From a virus (lineage: Duplodnaviria > Caudoviricetes): a DNA stretch of 58,993 bases. The translations under genes were made by a program, and so were the position numbers. The stretch lies in IMG/VR virus record IMGVR_UViG_3300044448_006448, positions 1 to 58,993 of that record; one strand, given 5' to 3'. Numbering within the stretch: the first letter of the stretch is position 1; each line of letters begins with the position of its first letter. Shown here in pieces: positions 30,431 to 40,129 of this stretch. A model generated the notes under the pieces. The model saw nothing but the letters and a program-made list of their open reading frames with translations, ran no database searches and was not told the DNA's origin.

Positions 30431-30432
30431 TT

Positions 30433-30975
30433 ATGAATAAAATATTTAAGATAACAGTTTTAATAAGTATTGGTATATTATTGTTGTTTGTTTTGGACAG
30501 AAATAAAAAAATAAAAAAATATAAAATTCAAGAACAACAACAATTAGAATTTTTAGATACATTACAATTGGAATTGGATAGTTTAAGATTTGAAATAAAA
30601 AATCTTTTAAAGAAAACTGATTCAATACCTGATGTTATCTTTAAAGAAGTAAAAGCAACAATGTATCATCCAGTTGAAGCCCAGTGTGATGATACCCCAC
30701 TTATAACAGCAGATGGTAGTAAAATTGATCCTTATAAAGTATCAGATTGGAATTGGGTTGCAGTAAGTCCTGATTTATTAATAAAAAATGGAGGAGTATT
30801 TGATTATGGGGATAAAATATATATTAAAGGAACACATAAAGATGGAATATATACTATACATGATTGTATGAATAAAAGAAAAACAAATCAAATAGATATA
30901 TTAGAATCTATAGGAACTAAACAGTATAAATACGATAAAATCGAAATATTTGCGTTAAATGAGCAGAAAAAATGA
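30433..30975 (+). CDS. Membrane-anchored 3D (MltA-type) domain protein, putative peptidoglycan hydrolase
   Basis: N-terminal TM segment and coiled coil; ATMY, TADG, VAVS and IHDCM...IDI motifs. Confidence 0.8.
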   Translation: MNKIFKITVLISIGILLLFVLDRNKKIKKYKIQEQQQLEFLDTLQLELDSLRFEIKNLLKKTDSIPDVIFKEVKATMYHPVEAQCDDTPLITADGSKIDPYKVSDWNWVAVSPDLLIKNGGVFDYGDKIYIKGTHKDGIYTIHDCMNKRKTNQIDILESIGTKQYKYDKIEIFALNEQKK

Positions 30976-31210
30976 ATTTTATATATTGATTAAATGGCAT
31001 TATAATCCAACGACAAATGAAGTTGGGAAGAAAAAGAACTTACCAGTTTTAATGCTAGATTCAAAAGGAGATCCGTTAGAATTTGATGACATGGAGTCAG
31101 CAAATGAATTTTTGGAGATAATGAACATAAATACAAATCAAGGATTCAGATACGAGGTTAGACAAATAGGTAAAAAATATTTAAAGGTTAATCAAAAATA
31201 CACAAAATGA
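30959..31210 (+). CDS. Hypothetical protein
   Basis: 83-aa overlapping ORF. Confidence 0.65.
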   Translation: MSRKNEFYILIKWHYNPTTNEVGKKKNLPVLMLDSKGDPLEFDDMESANEFLEIMNINTNQGFRYEVRQIGKKYLKVNQKYTK

Positions 31211-31503
31211 CAGAACGTAGAGGTAGACCTAAAGAAAATATAAAACCTAGAACAGGTAAATATAAATATGTTTTTACCGATGATGATGGAGTAATAACTA
31301 CATGGTATTACGATACAGACAAGACAACTAGTGGACCAGTAAAAGTTGAATGTACATATCCTAAAGATTATGATTTTAGGACTCTTGATGAAAAATTACG
31401 TGATGAAAACAAAAAACTCCCTAAAACTAAACGCAAATACCTTAACCCTGAAAATGATAAGTTAGTTGGTTATGCAAGAGCGCGAGCTTTAGGAATTATT
31501 TGA
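31207..31503 (+). CDS. Hypothetical protein (N-terminal RRGRPK, AT-hook-like)
   Basis: 98-aa ORF. Confidence 0.65.
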   Translation: MTERRGRPKENIKPRTGKYKYVFTDDDGVITTWYYDTDKTTSGPVKVECTYPKDYDFRTLDEKLRDENKKLPKTKRKYLNPENDKLVGYARARALGII

Positions 31504-31511
31504 TATTTATA
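31504..31511 (+). promoter_or_regulatory. Putative late promoter motif TATTTATA
   Basis: Recurs as TAT(T/G)TATA at operon heads: 54, 6040, 28433, 36907, 47719, 48653, 52238, 52960, 55601. Confidence 0.55.
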
Positions 31512-31528
31512 ATAAAAATAATAATATA

Positions 31529-32026
31529 ATGGCTAAATTTGACCTTAAAAAGTATCTAAAAGAAGGCAAGCTTCACAAAAATAAAAAAACATTAAATGAA
31601 AGTTGCCCAGGATACGATGATAGAGGATTTGGAGATCCTCTACCTACCTTAGATAGTATTCAACAAGATTATGAATTATCACAATCAGAAGAAGATGAAG
31701 AAATAGAACATGAAGAAGAAAGTGAAGGGGATGATGCAACTGAAATTCTTGATGATGTAGAAGAACTAGAATTAGATATTAGCAATTCCACTGTTAATAT
31801 TAATTTGGGTGAGGAAATACAAAAAGAAACAATTGTTTTAAGTGATCCTCCTTTAGAAATTGAAGAAGAAGACCACAGTATGTTTAATGCATCTGTTTTA
31901 ACACTATCAAATGGTCAAACATTAGAAGTTGATGTAATAGAATTAATGGATAATTTAGTAGATAATTTAGATGAATCAGCAATGAAATTGTGGATTGAAT
32001 TTAAAGATAAAATGGAAAATAGATAA
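31529..32026 (+). CDS. Acidic protein with FDLKKYLKE leader; putative internal head protein
   Basis: Begins MAKFDLKKYLKEGKL. Confidence 0.6.
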   Translation: MAKFDLKKYLKEGKLHKNKKTLNESCPGYDDRGFGDPLPTLDSIQQDYELSQSEEDEEIEHEEESEGDDATEILDDVEELELDISNSTVNINLGEEIQKETIVLSDPPLEIEEEDHSMFNASVLTLSNGQTLEVDVIELMDNLVDNLDESAMKLWIEFKDKMENR

Positions 32027-32029
32027 AAC

Positions 32030-32899
32030 ATGGATAACTTCGACTTAAGAAAATATTTAGCTGAAGGTAAATTACTAAAAGAAGAAATGTCACTAGAAGA
32101 TGTTTATGTTTTTGCACAACAACAAATGAAAGACATATATAATCTTGATATACCCATGGATATAGTAAAACAATGGGCAGATAATTATCATTTTCCCTAT
32201 TCAAGAGAACAAGATCCTGATGATGAAGATCAACTTGGACCTATGGTTTATGACTTTGCAACTGAAGAAAGAGGTGATTTTTTTGAATGGTTAAAAGATA
32301 ATAATTTAGCTGAAGGTAAGCTATTAAAAGAATTTAGAAGAACTGGAAGACAATATAAAGCCCAAGGCCAAGGTGGAAGCGCAGGAAATAGAAGAGCAGG
32401 TATTATGAGGGGACCCAGTAACTATGATTTAGAAGATGATGATGAAGAATATACTTCAAAAGGAGATCCTAATATAGATAAAGGAGATTTCTACGATTAT
32501 TCTCCATATGGATTTACTATAAGATTTCTAGGATATGAGGATGGTGATGATGTTATAGTAAGAGGTAATGGTTTTTTTAGTGAAAAAGTTAAAAATGGAA
32601 AAGTAACTTTTAAATCATATCCTATGAAGGATGCCCAAGGAAATCGCCTAGAGGATGCCCAAGGAAATCGCCCGGGTACACCTAATTCAGCATATAAACT
32701 ATCAGATAATTATGATGAAAGTAATATTGTAGATGTTTTAGGTAATGATCATCCTTTTGTTGTAATGACAAAATCTAATCACTGGAAAAATAATCACAGT
32801 ATAGATATTGATGACAATTCAATTAGTATAACATTAGATACACCTAATAACCTCCCAAGTGGGTTAGCGCCATTAAGTGAAAATAATAAAATAAAATAA
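32030..32899 (+). CDS. Acidic protein with FDLRKYLAE leader; putative internal head protein
   Basis: Begins MDNFDLRKYLAEGKLLKE; LAEGKLLKE recurs internally. Confidence 0.6.
   Translation: MDNFDLRKYLAEGKLLKEEMSLEDVYVFAQQQMKDIYNLDIPMDIVKQWADNYHFPYSREQDPDDEDQLGPMVYDFATEERGDFFEWLKDNNLAEGKLLKEFRRTGRQYKAQGQGGSAGNRRAGIMRGPSNYDLEDDDEEYTSKGDPNIDKGDFYDYSPYGFTIRFLGYEDGDDVIVRGNGFFSEKVKNGKVTFKSYPMKDAQGNRLEDAQGNRPGTPNSAYKLSDNYDESNIVDVLGNDHPFVVMTKSNHWKNNHSIDIDDNSISITLDTPNNLPSGLAPLSENNKIK
32628..32672 (+). repeat. In-frame tandem duplication (21-bp identical units, 24-bp period)
   Basis: AGGATGCCCAAGGAAATCGCC at 32628 and 32652, encoding DAQGNR twice. Confidence 0.9.
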
Positions 32900-32900
32900 T

Positions 32901-35000
32901 ATGGATAATTTTAATTTAAAAAAATATTTAGCTGAAGGTAGAATTCATGAAATTACTCAAAGTGGACAAGAAGGAGTATATCCTATGTCTGAAGAACCCG
33001 GTGATATGTTTCAACAAAAAGAAGTTGAAGAATTATTTCCTATTGGTATGGCTAGTAGAGATGATAAATCATTTAAAGATAAATTAGCACAACATGGTGA
33101 ATGGACTGAACAATCACAATATAATAATACTTTTGTTCATTTTCAATATCATACAATACCAGATTTTAATGGGAATAGTTATCATGTTCATCAGGGTCAA
33201 CATTATAATCACAATTATGATGATTTTAGAAGTCCTCGCTTTACAGTATTAACTATAATAAAAAATTATGATACACCTGATGAGGAAAGATTAGGAGAGT
33301 ATATTGTTGGTACTGAAGAATATCTAGATGATATTAGAAATCTAGATGCACAAGATTTAATAGGAAAAAGAGTAAGTGAAGGATTAAAAGAAAATAAAAT
33401 ACGAATTTCACAACAAGCTGCTGACTTAGTTGATGGATATGAATTAGAAGATTTAGAAAGAAATCTTGAACAAATTTATAGAGATATGGAACAGGAAGCT
33501 GAACCAGAAGGTGGTCCTATAGCAGACCAATATGCTGATGAAATTCACGCACATGAAGAAGCTATTAGATTTATAAAAAGTAAAGGAAAAGAACAAGCAC
33601 AAATGTCCTATGATGTAGCAGTAGGTAAAATAACTCAAGATGAGTATGATACAATAGTATCTAAAGATCAATTTAATAAATCTTCAAAATTCGATAGAGT
33701 AAAAGAAAACACACCAGATAATCAATTAGCTGATAAAATTTTATCAGATGCAATGAAGGTATTAGCAGATGATGATTATTTTGATCCTGATTACCCAGGT
33801 GGGGATATAGCAGCTAATGGTAGTCCATATCTACAATTCGATACTGAGGATCAAGCAGAACAAGCTTTTAATATATTAGTTGATCATGGTATAGAAGGAG
33901 TATTAGTTGGAGATATAATTAATCTTACAAAAGCTATGGTTCCTTTTATGAGTGAAGATAAAGAAAATAAACCTATGTCAGATGAAGAATTAGAGGATTT
34001 AGAAACTAGAGCAGATGACTACTATAGTGAACCAATAAAAGAAAATAAAAAAATGAAAAAATTTAATTTAAAAAGTTACCTAAAAGAAGGTAAATTATTA
34101 AAAGAAAATGAAGAAAAAACACCAGTTAGTAAAATAAAAGATGCTATTGAAGACATACTTAAAAAAGAAGGTGGTGCAGCTGGTCTAAAGCCAATTTTAG
34201 CTATTTCAAAAGAATTAGGGGTAACTAGAGATGAATTAAAAGATGTTCTTAATTCAATGGGTAAAGTAAAAAAACATACTGATGGAGATTATATTTTAAC
34301 TCCTATAGAAGAAAATACAGCTTACTTAGATGGTAAAGAAGTTGACTACTCAAATATAGATTTATATTCTGACATAGATCGATCATGGTCAAGTTTAGAT
34401 ATAATGGAAGAAGATTTATTAGATTGGTTTAAAGCAAGTGCAGCGTCTATGGGTAAAGAAGGTGCTGAAGAAATAATACAGTCTATAAGAAGTTTGAATA
34501 ATGCTATGGTTCAACATTTAAGAACTTTAAATGAAGCAAAGGATGATGATTGGATTCAAAAAGGAGAAGAATCGGGTGAAATAAAAGCTGGTGGATTACA
34601 TAAAGCATTAGGAATACCTGAAGATGAAAAAATACCAATAGGACTTATAAATAAAGAGTTAGCTAAATTAAAGAAAAAAGATAAAGATAAAGGTGAAAAA
34701 GGTGTACAAGGATTAAGTGCTGCAGATAGAAAATTCCAAAAACAACTTAATTTAGCAAAATCATTTAAAAAAATGGATGAAAACCAATTAAATGAAGCCC
34801 CAGATATAATGGATTTATCAGCAAAAGATTTAATGTCAGCTAGATTTGGATATAAACATGGTTTAAGTGGAGGTGATTTAGGTGATTTGAAAAAAATTAT
34901 AAATAAATTTGTATCTCAGGCAAATAGAATGAGAAGACCTAAATTAAGCCCAGATGAGCTAGGTGATGTTTTTAATAAAATAGTTTCAAATTTTTTATAA
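32901..35000 (+). CDS. Large acidic modular protein; putative internal head polyprotein
   Basis: Begins MDNFNLKKYLAEG; second leader MKKFNLKSYLKEGKLLKE at 34053; many (L/I/V)xE linkers. Confidence 0.6.
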   Translation: MDNFNLKKYLAEGRIHEITQSGQEGVYPMSEEPGDMFQQKEVEELFPIGMASRDDKSFKDKLAQHGEWTEQSQYNNTFVHFQYHTIPDFNGNSYHVHQGQHYNHNYDDFRSPRFTVLTIIKNYDTPDEERLGEYIVGTEEYLDDIRNLDAQDLIGKRVSEGLKENKIRISQQAADLVDGYELEDLERNLEQIYRDMEQEAEPEGGPIADQYADEIHAHEEAIRFIKSKGKEQAQMSYDVAVGKITQDEYDTIVSKDQFNKSSKFDRVKENTPDNQLADKILSDAMKVLADDDYFDPDYPGGDIAANGSPYLQFDTEDQAEQAFNILVDHGIEGVLVGDIINLTKAMVPFMSEDKENKPMSDEELEDLETRADDYYSEPIKENKKMKKFNLKSYLKEGKLLKENEEKTPVSKIKDAIEDILKKEGGAAGLKPILAISKELGVTRDELKDVLNSMGKVKKHTDGDYILTPIEENTAYLDGKEVDYSNIDLYSDIDRSWSSLDIMEEDLLDWFKASAASMGKEGAEEIIQSIRSLNNAMVQHLRTLNEAKDDDWIQKGEESGEIKAGGLHKALGIPEDEKIPIGLINKELAKLKKKDKDKGEKGVQGLSAADRKFQKQLNLAKSFKKMDENQLNEAPDIMDLSAKDLMSARFGYKHGLSGGDLGDLKKIINKFVSQANRMRRPKLSPDELGDVFNKIVSNFL

Positions 35001-35006
35001 ATAATT

Positions 35007-36587
35007 ATGGCAACAAGATCAAGAGTAGGATTTAAAAACCCCGATGGAACAGTAAATGCTTCATATGTTCATTTTGATGGATATTTAGAAGGAGTTGGGA
35101 TAGCATTACAATACAATCATAATAACGACTCAGCAGCTAAAAAATTAGGATACGCAAAAGGTATTAGATCTATAGAAGCAGATACACCTGTATCATTTTA
35201 TGGAGACATGGATAATGAGGTATATGAATCTGAAGATGATTTCTATAACAGTTATGATGTTGATTATGCTTATTTATATGATCCTGCTAGAGGTTGGTTA
35301 TTTGCATCTGAAGAATATGATACTCCTGGATTTATAGAATTAGAAGATCAGTTATTAGCTGACGAAATAGTACCAGGTTCAGGTGAAAGAACAGATGATA
35401 TAAGTGAAGACACAGACTATGATGAACGTAGAAAAAAAGAAAGTGATTATTATCAAGAAGAAGAAAACACCAATGACGATTTACATGATCAGTTAAATGA
35501 TATGATGAGAGATATGAGTGGTGAAGATTTAGATGATTTCCTAGCATTTTACGCACCGGAAATAGATAATACAGATGCCAATGCCATTACAGATTGGGTG
35601 TATAATTTAGATGATAATGATGTTTTAACAATAATTACTGATTTACAAGATTATGCTGAATTAGGTTTAAAAGAAAGTGGTAAAAAACTTGATATAGATG
35701 CAAGAGATACATTAGAAGATGAAGCGGCATTAGGTTTAGAAGAAAGAATTGAATCAGCTGTAAAAGAAAATATTGTTAAAGATACTATTAAAAATACAAT
35801 GTCAAAAAAATATATGTTTAATCCTATTTTAGGATTAGCAGGGGCAGTGTATGATAAAGTAATGGGTAAATTAGATAAAGATAAAATTAAAGATGAAGAT
35901 GATTTAGTTGATGCTATAAACGCAGACCCAAAATTATCAAAAGAAGAAAAATTAGCAGCAATTGAACATATAAAAAAAGATCCTGAGTTAGCACAAGCAC
36001 TCGTTGGAGATAATGATGATTTTGATTGGGAATCATATGAAGATGAGCAAAAGAAATCTAAATCATTTGCAAATTTTATGGGGAAATGGTTTAATAAAAT
36101 TATGACAGGAGATACCTTAATTCAAGGAAATTTTCTTGATCCTATGAAAATATTAGATAAAATAGATGCTAGAAAAAATAAAAAAGACCCTGATTTAAAA
36201 AGTTTCTTTGATAAAGAAAAAGAAAAGAAAGAAAAAGCATCATCAACTGTAGATAAAAAAAGAAAAGAAATGTCAGATGAAGCACCATCAACTAAAACTC
36301 CAACAAAATCTAAAGATTGGAGTAAAGCTAGTGATGAAGAATTAGAAGCTATTGGTGCTAGTCGATATAAAAAAGGAGGTCAAACAATATTAGTACCACC
36401 TAAAGATGGTTGGCCTGAGGAAGAAGTTAATGAATTAAAAGTAGGAAAAGACATATCATCTACAACTAAAGATAATAAAAAAGTAAGATCAAAATCAGAT
36501 GCCGCCATGGCATTAAAGGAGTCAGAAAAAATTTATGATCCTGTAAGAGGTAATACTTTAAAAGAACACTTTAATAGATTTAAATAA
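35007..36587 (+). CDS. Large acidic modular protein with N-terminal MATRS..HxDGY domain
   Basis: MATRSRVG..YVHFDGY..G.G motif; LKE, VKE and VNE linkers. Confidence 0.6.
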   Translation: MATRSRVGFKNPDGTVNASYVHFDGYLEGVGIALQYNHNNDSAAKKLGYAKGIRSIEADTPVSFYGDMDNEVYESEDDFYNSYDVDYAYLYDPARGWLFASEEYDTPGFIELEDQLLADEIVPGSGERTDDISEDTDYDERRKKESDYYQEEENTNDDLHDQLNDMMRDMSGEDLDDFLAFYAPEIDNTDANAITDWVYNLDDNDVLTIITDLQDYAELGLKESGKKLDIDARDTLEDEAALGLEERIESAVKENIVKDTIKNTMSKKYMFNPILGLAGAVYDKVMGKLDKDKIKDEDDLVDAINADPKLSKEEKLAAIEHIKKDPELAQALVGDNDDFDWESYEDEQKKSKSFANFMGKWFNKIMTGDTLIQGNFLDPMKILDKIDARKNKKDPDLKSFFDKEKEKKEKASSTVDKKRKEMSDEAPSTKTPTKSKDWSKASDEELEAIGASRYKKGGQTILVPPKDGWPEEEVNELKVGKDISSTTKDNKKVRSKSDAAMALKESEKIYDPVRGNTLKEHFNRFK

Positions 36588-36597
36588 ACAAAACATT

Positions 36598-36783
36598 ATG
36601 GCTGACTTCGATTTACGCAAACACTTCAAAAAACAATATCTTAATGAAAGAAGTGAAGAATATACTAAATTTGATGTTTTAAGTAATATTCTTGATGTAT
36701 TACAAAAATACCCAAAAAATCATGAAGACCCTTTTTATTTAGAAATTCGTGATGTTGTGAAAAAATTCACTAGTATGAGATAA
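36598..36783 (+). CDS. Small protein with FDLRK leader
   Basis: Begins MADFDLRKHFKKQYLNE. Confidence 0.6.
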   Translation: MADFDLRKHFKKQYLNERSEEYTKFDVLSNILDVLQKYPKNHEDPFYLEIRDVVKKFTSMR

Positions 36784-36810
36784 GAAAAAAATCGCTACTC
36801 AATAGGTGTG

Positions 36811-36842
36811 AACCGCGGGCTGTTCATAAATCCGCGGTTTTT
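36811..36842 (+). terminator. Intrinsic terminator
   Basis: AACCGCGGG / TCCGCGGTT stem followed by a T-run. Confidence 0.75.
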
Positions 36843-36851
36843 ACATTTTAG

Positions 36852-36914
36852 GTTGGTAGATTTGCAAATATTTCGTATATTTACGTATGTTTTTGAAAAA
36901 GACGCATATGTATA
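36852..36914 (+). promoter_or_regulatory. Tandem sigmaA-like and late-type promoters
   Basis: GTTG-N20-TATATT (36852-36881) and TATGTATA (36907-36914). Confidence 0.6.
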
Positions 36915-37027
36915 CGAAACAACATAAAGTTTTACATTGTTTATGTAAAAAATATTTTTATAATAAAAGCAGTATTCTCTGCGTTTTTTCCAAACAAATT
37001 AATTATTAACAAACAAAAATTTTAAAC

Positions 37028-37438
37028 ATGAAAAATTTATTTTTAAGTTTAGCCGCGTTTCTACTATTAACATTTTCAGTAGACGCACAAAATGCGAAAG
37101 GTGATTGGTATGTAGGTACCGGTGATATTTCGGGAACTGCCTGGACTGACTGGGCTGTAAATCCATCAATCGGATACGCTGTAACTGATAACCTAGTAAT
37201 AGGTGGTTCGGTTTCTCACGTAGCTGGTGAAGACATGGATATGGATTTCAATGTAAGATATTTCTTTAGTGGATATTTTGCAGAAGTAAATCTTGATGGA
37301 TTCAGTACTGATGGTGCTGTATTTGGATTAGGTAAAATGTTTACATTCACTAGTGGAGTGTATGTTTCACCTACATTTAACTACGCATACGATGCTGAAA
37401 CATTTAATTTAGGTCTAGGATTTGGCCTTAAGTTTTAA
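37028..37438 (+). CDS. Small outer-membrane beta-barrel protein
   Basis: Sec signal ending VDA|Q, alternating amphipathic strands, C-terminal LGLGFGLKF beta-signal. Confidence 0.85.
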   Translation: MKNLFLSLAAFLLLTFSVDAQNAKGDWYVGTGDISGTAWTDWAVNPSIGYAVTDNLVIGGSVSHVAGEDMDMDFNVRYFFSGYFAEVNLDGFSTDGAVFGLGKMFTFTSGVYVSPTFNYAYDAETFNLGLGFGLKF

Positions 37439-37467
37439 TAACTGAATATTAACTAAAATTAAGAAAC

Positions 37468-37695
37468 ATGAAAAATGTATTTAGTATGGTCAATGATTTT
37501 ATAAAAGGACTTGTAGGTGTTTTTATGGGAATCATTCCATTAGCAATTTTATGGTTTGTATTAACTGGAACTTCCGTTTTAGGAATGGATGTAGTTAGTA
37601 ATATGACTTCTCTTATAGATATGCTTGCAAATGGCGGATTTATTGGTTTAGTAGTATTAGTAATATTAGCATCATTTTTTACAAATGGTAAATAA
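37468..37695 (+). CDS. Small two-TM membrane protein
   Basis: Two hydrophobic segments; lies between the OMP gene and a terminator. Confidence 0.75.
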   Translation: MKNVFSMVNDFIKGLVGVFMGIIPLAILWFVLTGTSVLGMDVVSNMTSLIDMLANGGFIGLVVLVILASFFTNGK

Positions 37696-37719
37696 TCAGT
37701 CTTTAAAATAAGAGTTAGG

Positions 37720-37746
37720 AAAGGCGTCTTTTGACGCCTTTTTTTT
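37720..37746 (+). terminator. Intrinsic terminator
   Basis: AAGGCGTC-TTTT-GACGCCTT followed by a T-run. Confidence 0.9.
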
Positions 37747-37759
37747 CTCCGCAAAAATA

Positions 37760-37789
37760 TTTGGCTTCCCAAGGAGGCCTTCGTATATT
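37760..37789 (+). promoter_or_regulatory. SigmaA-like early promoter
   Basis: TTTG-N20-TATATT with TTCG extension. Confidence 0.75.
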
Positions 37790-37807
37790 TATGTATATTT
37801 ATAAACA

Positions 37808-38206
37808 ATGGAAGAAAAAGAAATTATACAAATAGTAAATAAAGTTTATCCTAAAATAGTAAAATACTATACTGGGGATAGTGAAAAGGAATATAAAAAA
37901 GGCTTTCCAGAAATAGACCATAGTTGGCCTAATGTTTATGCTAGGTATAGTCAAAATGTTGATATGGAAGGTGAAGATGATGCTAGCGCTGAATTTGTTA
38001 GAAAAGAAAATAAAATATATGTCTACAGTGATCATATTCCTAACAAAGAAGAATTAGTTAAAGCAATAATACATGAATTTGTACATTTCTTACAATCAGA
38101 ATCATGGATGCAAAGATATTATAAAAGTGGAGGTTATGAGTATCATAATCACCCGTATGAAGTTAAAGCAACAGAAGAGGAAAAAAATTGGCAAAAATTT
38201 ATTTAA
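37808..38206 (+). CDS. HExxH zinc-metallopeptidase-like protein
   Basis: IIHEFVHFLQ ... HPYEVKA. Confidence 0.75.
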   Translation: MEEKEIIQIVNKVYPKIVKYYTGDSEKEYKKGFPEIDHSWPNVYARYSQNVDMEGEDDASAEFVRKENKIYVYSDHIPNKEELVKAIIHEFVHFLQSESWMQRYYKSGGYEYHNHPYEVKATEEEKNWQKFI

Positions 38207-38262
38207 GACTCCCGCAGAATAATTTGGAGAAGCGAGGAAGGGTTCGTATATTTATGGCATAA
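38205..38262 (+). promoter_or_regulatory. 58-bp repeated promoter cassette, copy 1
   Basis: AAGACTCC-N8-AATTTGGAGAAGCGAG-N5-GTTCGTATATTTATGGCATAA. Confidence 0.8.
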
Positions 38263-38277
38263 ATAAAAATTAAGGTT

Positions 38278-38424
38278 ATGAAAGAATTAAAACTATTATT
38301 TACAGAAGCATATAAAGAAGCAAAACAAAAACCAATAGACGCATTGTTTACATTATTTACATTTGTTACAATGTGTTGTACATTGTATTTAATGATGTGG
38401 GTTTGTTATATAATAGGTGGATAA
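38278..38424 (+). CDS. Small membrane protein (48 aa)
   Basis: AAGGTT-ATG start after the promoter; C-terminal TM segment. Confidence 0.65.
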   Translation: MKELKLLFTEAYKEAKQKPIDALFTLFTFVTMCCTLYLMMWVCYIIGG

Positions 38425-38487
38425 TATGAAAGTAAGATATTATTTGTGTTACAAAGAAGGTAAAATTAAAAAAAATAAAAAAAAGTT

Positions 38488-38712
38488 ATGGCAATTAAAA
38501 GAAAAAAAGATATCCCTCCATACCCAATAGTAATTGATTTAACAGGACCAGATGGTAATGTTTTTGTGTTAATGGGTAAAGCAAAAAGATTTGCTAAAGA
38601 TTTAGGTTTAAATGGTGATGAAATAATTGAAGATATGATGTCTAGTGATTATGAACATGCTGTTAAAGTATTTGATGATAATTTTGGTGATTTTGTAACA
38701 TTATTAAGATGA
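38488..38712 (+). CDS. Hypothetical protein
   Basis: IDLTGPDGNVFVLMG motif; AAAGTT-ATG start. Confidence 0.75.
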   Translation: MAIKRKKDIPPYPIVIDLTGPDGNVFVLMGKAKRFAKDLGLNGDEIIEDMMSSDYEHAVKVFDDNFGDFVTLLR

Positions 38713-38790
38713 AAGAAATTGCAATTATGTTATTATTAACAGCGCTAGTGTATATACAGTATAAATTAAATAATAAAAAATAAAAGTTAT

Positions 38791-39198
38791 ATGGCAAAAG
38801 TAGAAAAAAGTATTATGACTCCAAAGTGGTTGGAGATTAAAAAAATGTATGAAACTGAATCAAATGGTTCTAAAGAATATAAATCAAATTTTGAAATAGG
38901 AGGTGAGTTTGATAAACTTACTAGAGAATTTTTAGATATGATAATGACTATCTGTGAAGAATTTGGCAATGAATGTACTATAGAAGGCGTTCATATGAAT
39001 TTATGGAAAGAAAGAATTTGGTCTGTAATTGAAAATGGTGGTTTACTAGCTCCAATTGCTTGGAAGATAGAAGATGAGGAAGCGGAATTAGAAAAACTAG
39101 AAGCTCAAGAAGCTGAATGGTCAAATAATGAAAATGAATTTGGTGAATTTAGTGAATACGAACCTACAGATGAAGAATTAGCAGAAATTGAAAAATAA
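38791..39198 (+). CDS. Acidic hypothetical protein
   Basis: 135-aa ORF. Confidence 0.7.
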   Translation: MAKVEKSIMTPKWLEIKKMYETESNGSKEYKSNFEIGGEFDKLTREFLDMIMTICEEFGNECTIEGVHMNLWKERIWSVIENGGLLAPIAWKIEDEEAELEKLEAQEAEWSNNENEFGEFSEYEPTDEELAEIEK

Positions 39199-39204
39199 TA
39201 TATT

Positions 39205-39474
39205 ATGAAATTAAATTTAGTACTTACAGAGTGGTTTACTACCACTAGTTGGAGAAAATTAGAAATTGATACTGATGATTATCCTGAATTAAAAGGTATG
39301 AGTAAAGCTGATGCCCAACAACATATAATAGACAAATATGATGAAGGGGTATTAGATGAAGTTGTAGAAAATCTAGGCGATAAAAGAGATTGGTCATTAG
39401 ACGATCATATTAGAGATGCTGACATAGTCAGAGATAAGATAACAAATGAAGGTGAAGATTTAGATTTTGAATAA
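39205..39474 (+). CDS. Hypothetical protein
   Basis: 89-aa ORF. Confidence 0.7.
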   Translation: MKLNLVLTEWFTTTSWRKLEIDTDDYPELKGMSKADAQQHIIDKYDEGVLDEVVENLGDKRDWSLDDHIRDADIVRDKITNEGEDLDFE

Positions 39475-39579
39475 TATGGAATTAGTACCAAAAATAATAT
39501 TAGGGATATATGTAACAGCAATACTAGCAGTAATAATAACCCAAGTTATAAGTTATATAATAAATAAAAATAAAAAGTT

Positions 39580-39876
39580 ATGAGTAAATACCAAGAATTA
39601 TTAGAAAATCCTCCTAAATTAAAAATAGAAGGTAAACCAAAAGAAATTAAAATTGATTTAGTTAGTTGTATGTGTGATAATAGATACAGATGGACTATAA
39701 AGAAAAATGAAGATGGTGATTATAGAATCAATACCCATGGTTTTGCTTATAGTAATTTTCAAATTAAAGATAGAAAAGATGATATTGAATGGGTTGCTGA
39801 TGAAGGTAAATGGGAAAAAGTATTTAATATGATAAATTCAGGAACTAAAAAAATTGAATCAGTAAAATATAGATAA
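39580..39876 (+). CDS. Hypothetical protein
   Basis: 98-aa ORF; AAAGTT-ATG start. Confidence 0.7.
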   Translation: MSKYQELLENPPKLKIEGKPKEIKIDLVSCMCDNRYRWTIKKNEDGDYRINTHGFAYSNFQIKDRKDDIEWVADEGKWEKVFNMINSGTKKIESVKYR

Positions 39877-39877
39877 T

Positions 39878-40129
39878 ATGAGGATAATAAAAACAACAGA
39901 AGATGGGTGGGATTGTGTCCCAGAATTAAAAGAAGTAGTGCAAGCACACTCAAATATGGCAAGTGCTATTTATGAAATTGAAAATTGTGTTAGGAATAGA
40001 GATTTACCTTCATTAGTTAGTGAATTACAAGAATGTCTAGAAGAAATGTTTAATTATTTAGATAACATAGATACTGACCAAGAATTTGAAACAGTAAATT
40101 ATGAAGAAACAGAAGAATATAATGGGTAG
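39878..40129 (+). CDS. Hypothetical protein
   Basis: 83-aa ORF. Confidence 0.65.
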   Translation: MRIIKTTEDGWDCVPELKEVVQAHSNMASAIYEIENCVRNRDLPSLVSELQECLEEMFNYLDNIDTDQEFETVNYEETEEYNG

